Shown here piece by piece: positions 62,298-64,000 of a stretch of 64,000 nt of DNA; the stretch's first letter is position 1, and each line of letters opens with the position of its first letter. Source of the DNA: an uncultured Chloroflexia bacterium (GTDB taxonomy: Bacteria; Chloroflexota; Dehalococcoidia; DSTF01; JALHUB01); NCBI GenBank assembly GCA_963719465.1, contig OY970386.1, positions 981,789 through 1,045,788 on the forward strand, in the 5' to 3' direction. A program made the translations under genes and the position numbers. A model generated the notes under the pieces. It was not told the DNA's origin. It was given only the letters and a program-made list of their open reading frames with translations, and made no database searches.

Positions 62298-63281
62298 ATG
62301 GCTAACGGAATCTTGGTTGCAGCCGAGGTAAGCGGCGGCGCAGTCGCTCCGATCACGTTCGAAGTCCTGGGCGCAGCCCGTCGTCTCGCCGACCAGAGGG
62401 GCGAACCGGTGCAGGCCGCGCTCATCGGCTCCGGCGTCGAAGGGCTGGCGAAGGACCTCATCGCTCAGGGCGCCGACCAGGTGTTCGTCGTCGACGAGCC
62501 GGCGCTGGCAAAGTACAGCTGTGACGGCTTCGTCGCGGCGATGGAGAAGGTGAACACCGCAGCGAGCCCGAGCGCGATACTCATGGGCCAGAGCGACCTG
62601 GGACGCGACCTGGGCCCGCGCCTGGCTTTCCGATTGGGGAGCACGGCCGCTATGGACTGCCTGAACGCTTCGGCGCAGGACGGCAAGATCATCGCTGAGA
62701 GGCCCTGTTACGGCGGCAATGCGCGGGTAAACCTTTCGTTCAAGACGTCGCCCGCCGTCATTTCGATCCGCTCGAAGGCGCAGGAGCCGCTGGCGCGCGA
62801 CGACTCGCGTCAGGGGCAGGTGACGAAGGTCGACGCCGGGATCGACGCGTCGGCCATCCGCGACAAGATCACCGGTCACCAGGAGGCCGCCGAGGAAGGC
62901 ATCCGCCTGGAGGACGCGGGCGTGATTGTGTGCGGCGGACGGGGCATCGGCAGCGCCGAAGGCTTCGGCATGCTGGAAGAGCTGGCAAAGGCGCTCGGCG
63001 GCGCCGTCGGCGCCACGCGCGCCGCCTGCGACAATGGCTGGCGGCCCGTATCCGAGCAGATCGGCCTGACCGGCAAGATCGTCGGGCCGACGCTCTACTT
63101 CGCGGTTGGCCTATCCGGCGCCAGCCAGCACATGGCGGGCTGCTCCGGCGCCAAGAACATCGTCGCCATCAACAAAGACCCGGAGGCAATGATATTCAAG
63201 TCGTCGCGCTTTGGCATCGTTGACGACTACAAGAAGGTGCTGCCGGCGCTCGTCGAGGCATGCCGCAAGCTGCGAGCATAG
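62298..63281 (+). CDS. etfA: electron transfer flavoprotein alpha subunit
   Basis: FAD-binding C-terminal domain (GGRGIGS...LYFAVGLSGASQH). Confidence 0.9.
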   Translation: MANGILVAAEVSGGAVAPITFEVLGAARRLADQRGEPVQAALIGSGVEGLAKDLIAQGADQVFVVDEPALAKYSCDGFVAAMEKVNTAASPSAILMGQSDLGRDLGPRLAFRLGSTAAMDCLNASAQDGKIIAERPCYGGNARVNLSFKTSPAVISIRSKAQEPLARDDSRQGQVTKVDAGIDASAIRDKITGHQEAAEEGIRLEDAGVIVCGGRGIGSAEGFGMLEELAKALGGAVGATRAACDNGWRPVSEQIGLTGKIVGPTLYFAVGLSGASQHMAGCSGAKNIVAINKDPEAMIFKSSRFGIVDDYKKVLPALVEACRKLRA

Positions 63282-63450
63282 CTTTTCGAAGGTCAATCCA
63301 GCGGCCGCTCTGCTCGCTCCCGGCGGGGCGGCCGTTGCTTTGCCTTCGACCCGTACGCAGCCGTTCTCTAATGCGCTATAGTTGCATTGACAGAGACTCG
63401 CGCGCGCAGATATCATCCCGTTCAGCACTCTCAGCCTGGAAGGGACTGCC

Positions 63451-64000
63451 ATGAGTAAACTCGGCGACAGGATACGAAAGACCATCCGCCAGGAGGCCGC
63501 GCCTATCGGCTTCCGCGCGGTCAGGCCGGCGAAGACGCCTCAACTGCTGACGGCAGTGCTCCTTGACGACGCAGACAAGGTCGCCCAGGCGGTTGCCGCT
63601 GACGCCGGCGTTCTCATTCTGAAAGACGCGAGGCCGGAAGATTTTGAAGCGGCGGCAGAAGCCGCGGGGGAAACGCCCCTGGGCGTCTGGCCGAAGACCA
63701 TCGACGCGGCGGACACGAAGGCGCTGATCGCGGCGTCAGCGGACTTCATCATCTTCGAAGGCGAATCCACGCCGGCGGCCGCTCTCCTGGAGGAGAAGAT
63801 CGGCTACGTGCTCGCGCTCAAGGACGGCGAGGACGACGACACGTATCTGCGCATCCTTGAGTCCGTCGCCCTCGATGCGGTCCTGCTGCCTGATTGGAAG
63901 GGGCCGCTCACGCTGAAGAAGCAGCTCGGCCTGCGCCGCGTTGCCGCTCTGGCGCGAAAGCCGTTAATGCTGCCGGTCGAGCCACCGGTCGAAAGCGCGG
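63451..64000 (+). CDS. hypothetical protein (partial; runs off the window end)
   Basis: ATG after GGAAGGG. Promoter-like TTGACA-18-TATCAT upstream (63378..63407). No recognised domain. Confidence 0.35.
   Translation, partial: MSKLGDRIRKTIRQEAAPIGFRAVRPAKTPQLLTAVLLDDADKVAQAVAADAGVLILKDARPEDFEAAAEAAGETPLGVWPKTIDAADTKALIAASADFIIFEGESTPAAALLEEKIGYVLALKDGEDDDTYLRILESVALDAVLLPDWKGPLTLKKQLGLRRVAALARKPLMLPVEPPVESA

Overview
High-GC (~65%) bacterial chromosomal segment, mostly housekeeping, with an almost fully coding layout. Taxon not determinable from sequence alone. Main blocks, in order: (1) two divergent MarR regulators, an alpha/beta hydrolase and a MacA-MacB-type tripartite ABC efflux operon; (2) a TPP-dependent enzyme; (3) an ECF sigma / zinc-finger anti-sigma / SIMPL / DUF4349 envelope module; (4) lepB, pyrE, tRNA-Lys(TTT), and an RRM protein plus zinc-ribbon protein; (5) two tandemly duplicated TolB-like PD40 beta-propeller lipoprotein genes; (6) redox and methyltransferase genes, a secreted thermonuclease, msrA-msrB, a GDSL hydrolase, and a secreted papain-like peptidase with PT linker and C-terminal anchor; (7) a MarR regulator divergent from a 3-methyladenine glycosylase, and a frameshifted GH25-like/SH3b wall hydrolase; (8) dinB-dcd-ribD-ribE-ribBA-ribH; (9) a large tetrapyrrole cluster (NirJ/AhbC/D-like radical SAM, sirC, hemA, hemC, cobA-hemD, hemB, hemL) interrupted by a methyltransferase, a retropepsin-like protease and a HAD hydrolase; (10) a candidate c-di-AMP (ydaO-class) riboswitch in front of otsA; (11) pyrG, rho and a LysM/M23 peptidase; (12) hrcA-grpE-dnaK, where hrcA/grpE read as one ORF and dnaK is frameshifted; (13) a low-GC hypothetical where dnaJ is expected; (14) SDR, hydrolase and methyltransferase genes, then a membrane Fe-S (NarI-like + HdrD-like) oxidoreductase with etfB-etfA. 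Points worth a second look: five single-base frameshifts in otherwise conserved genes (assembly errors or pseudogenes); a dispersed ~90-bp hairpin repeat in three copies placed right after gene stops; three cases of duplicated gene termini flanking small insertions; and two promoter/terminator-delimited structured RNAs. No CRISPR, integrase or transposase was seen.
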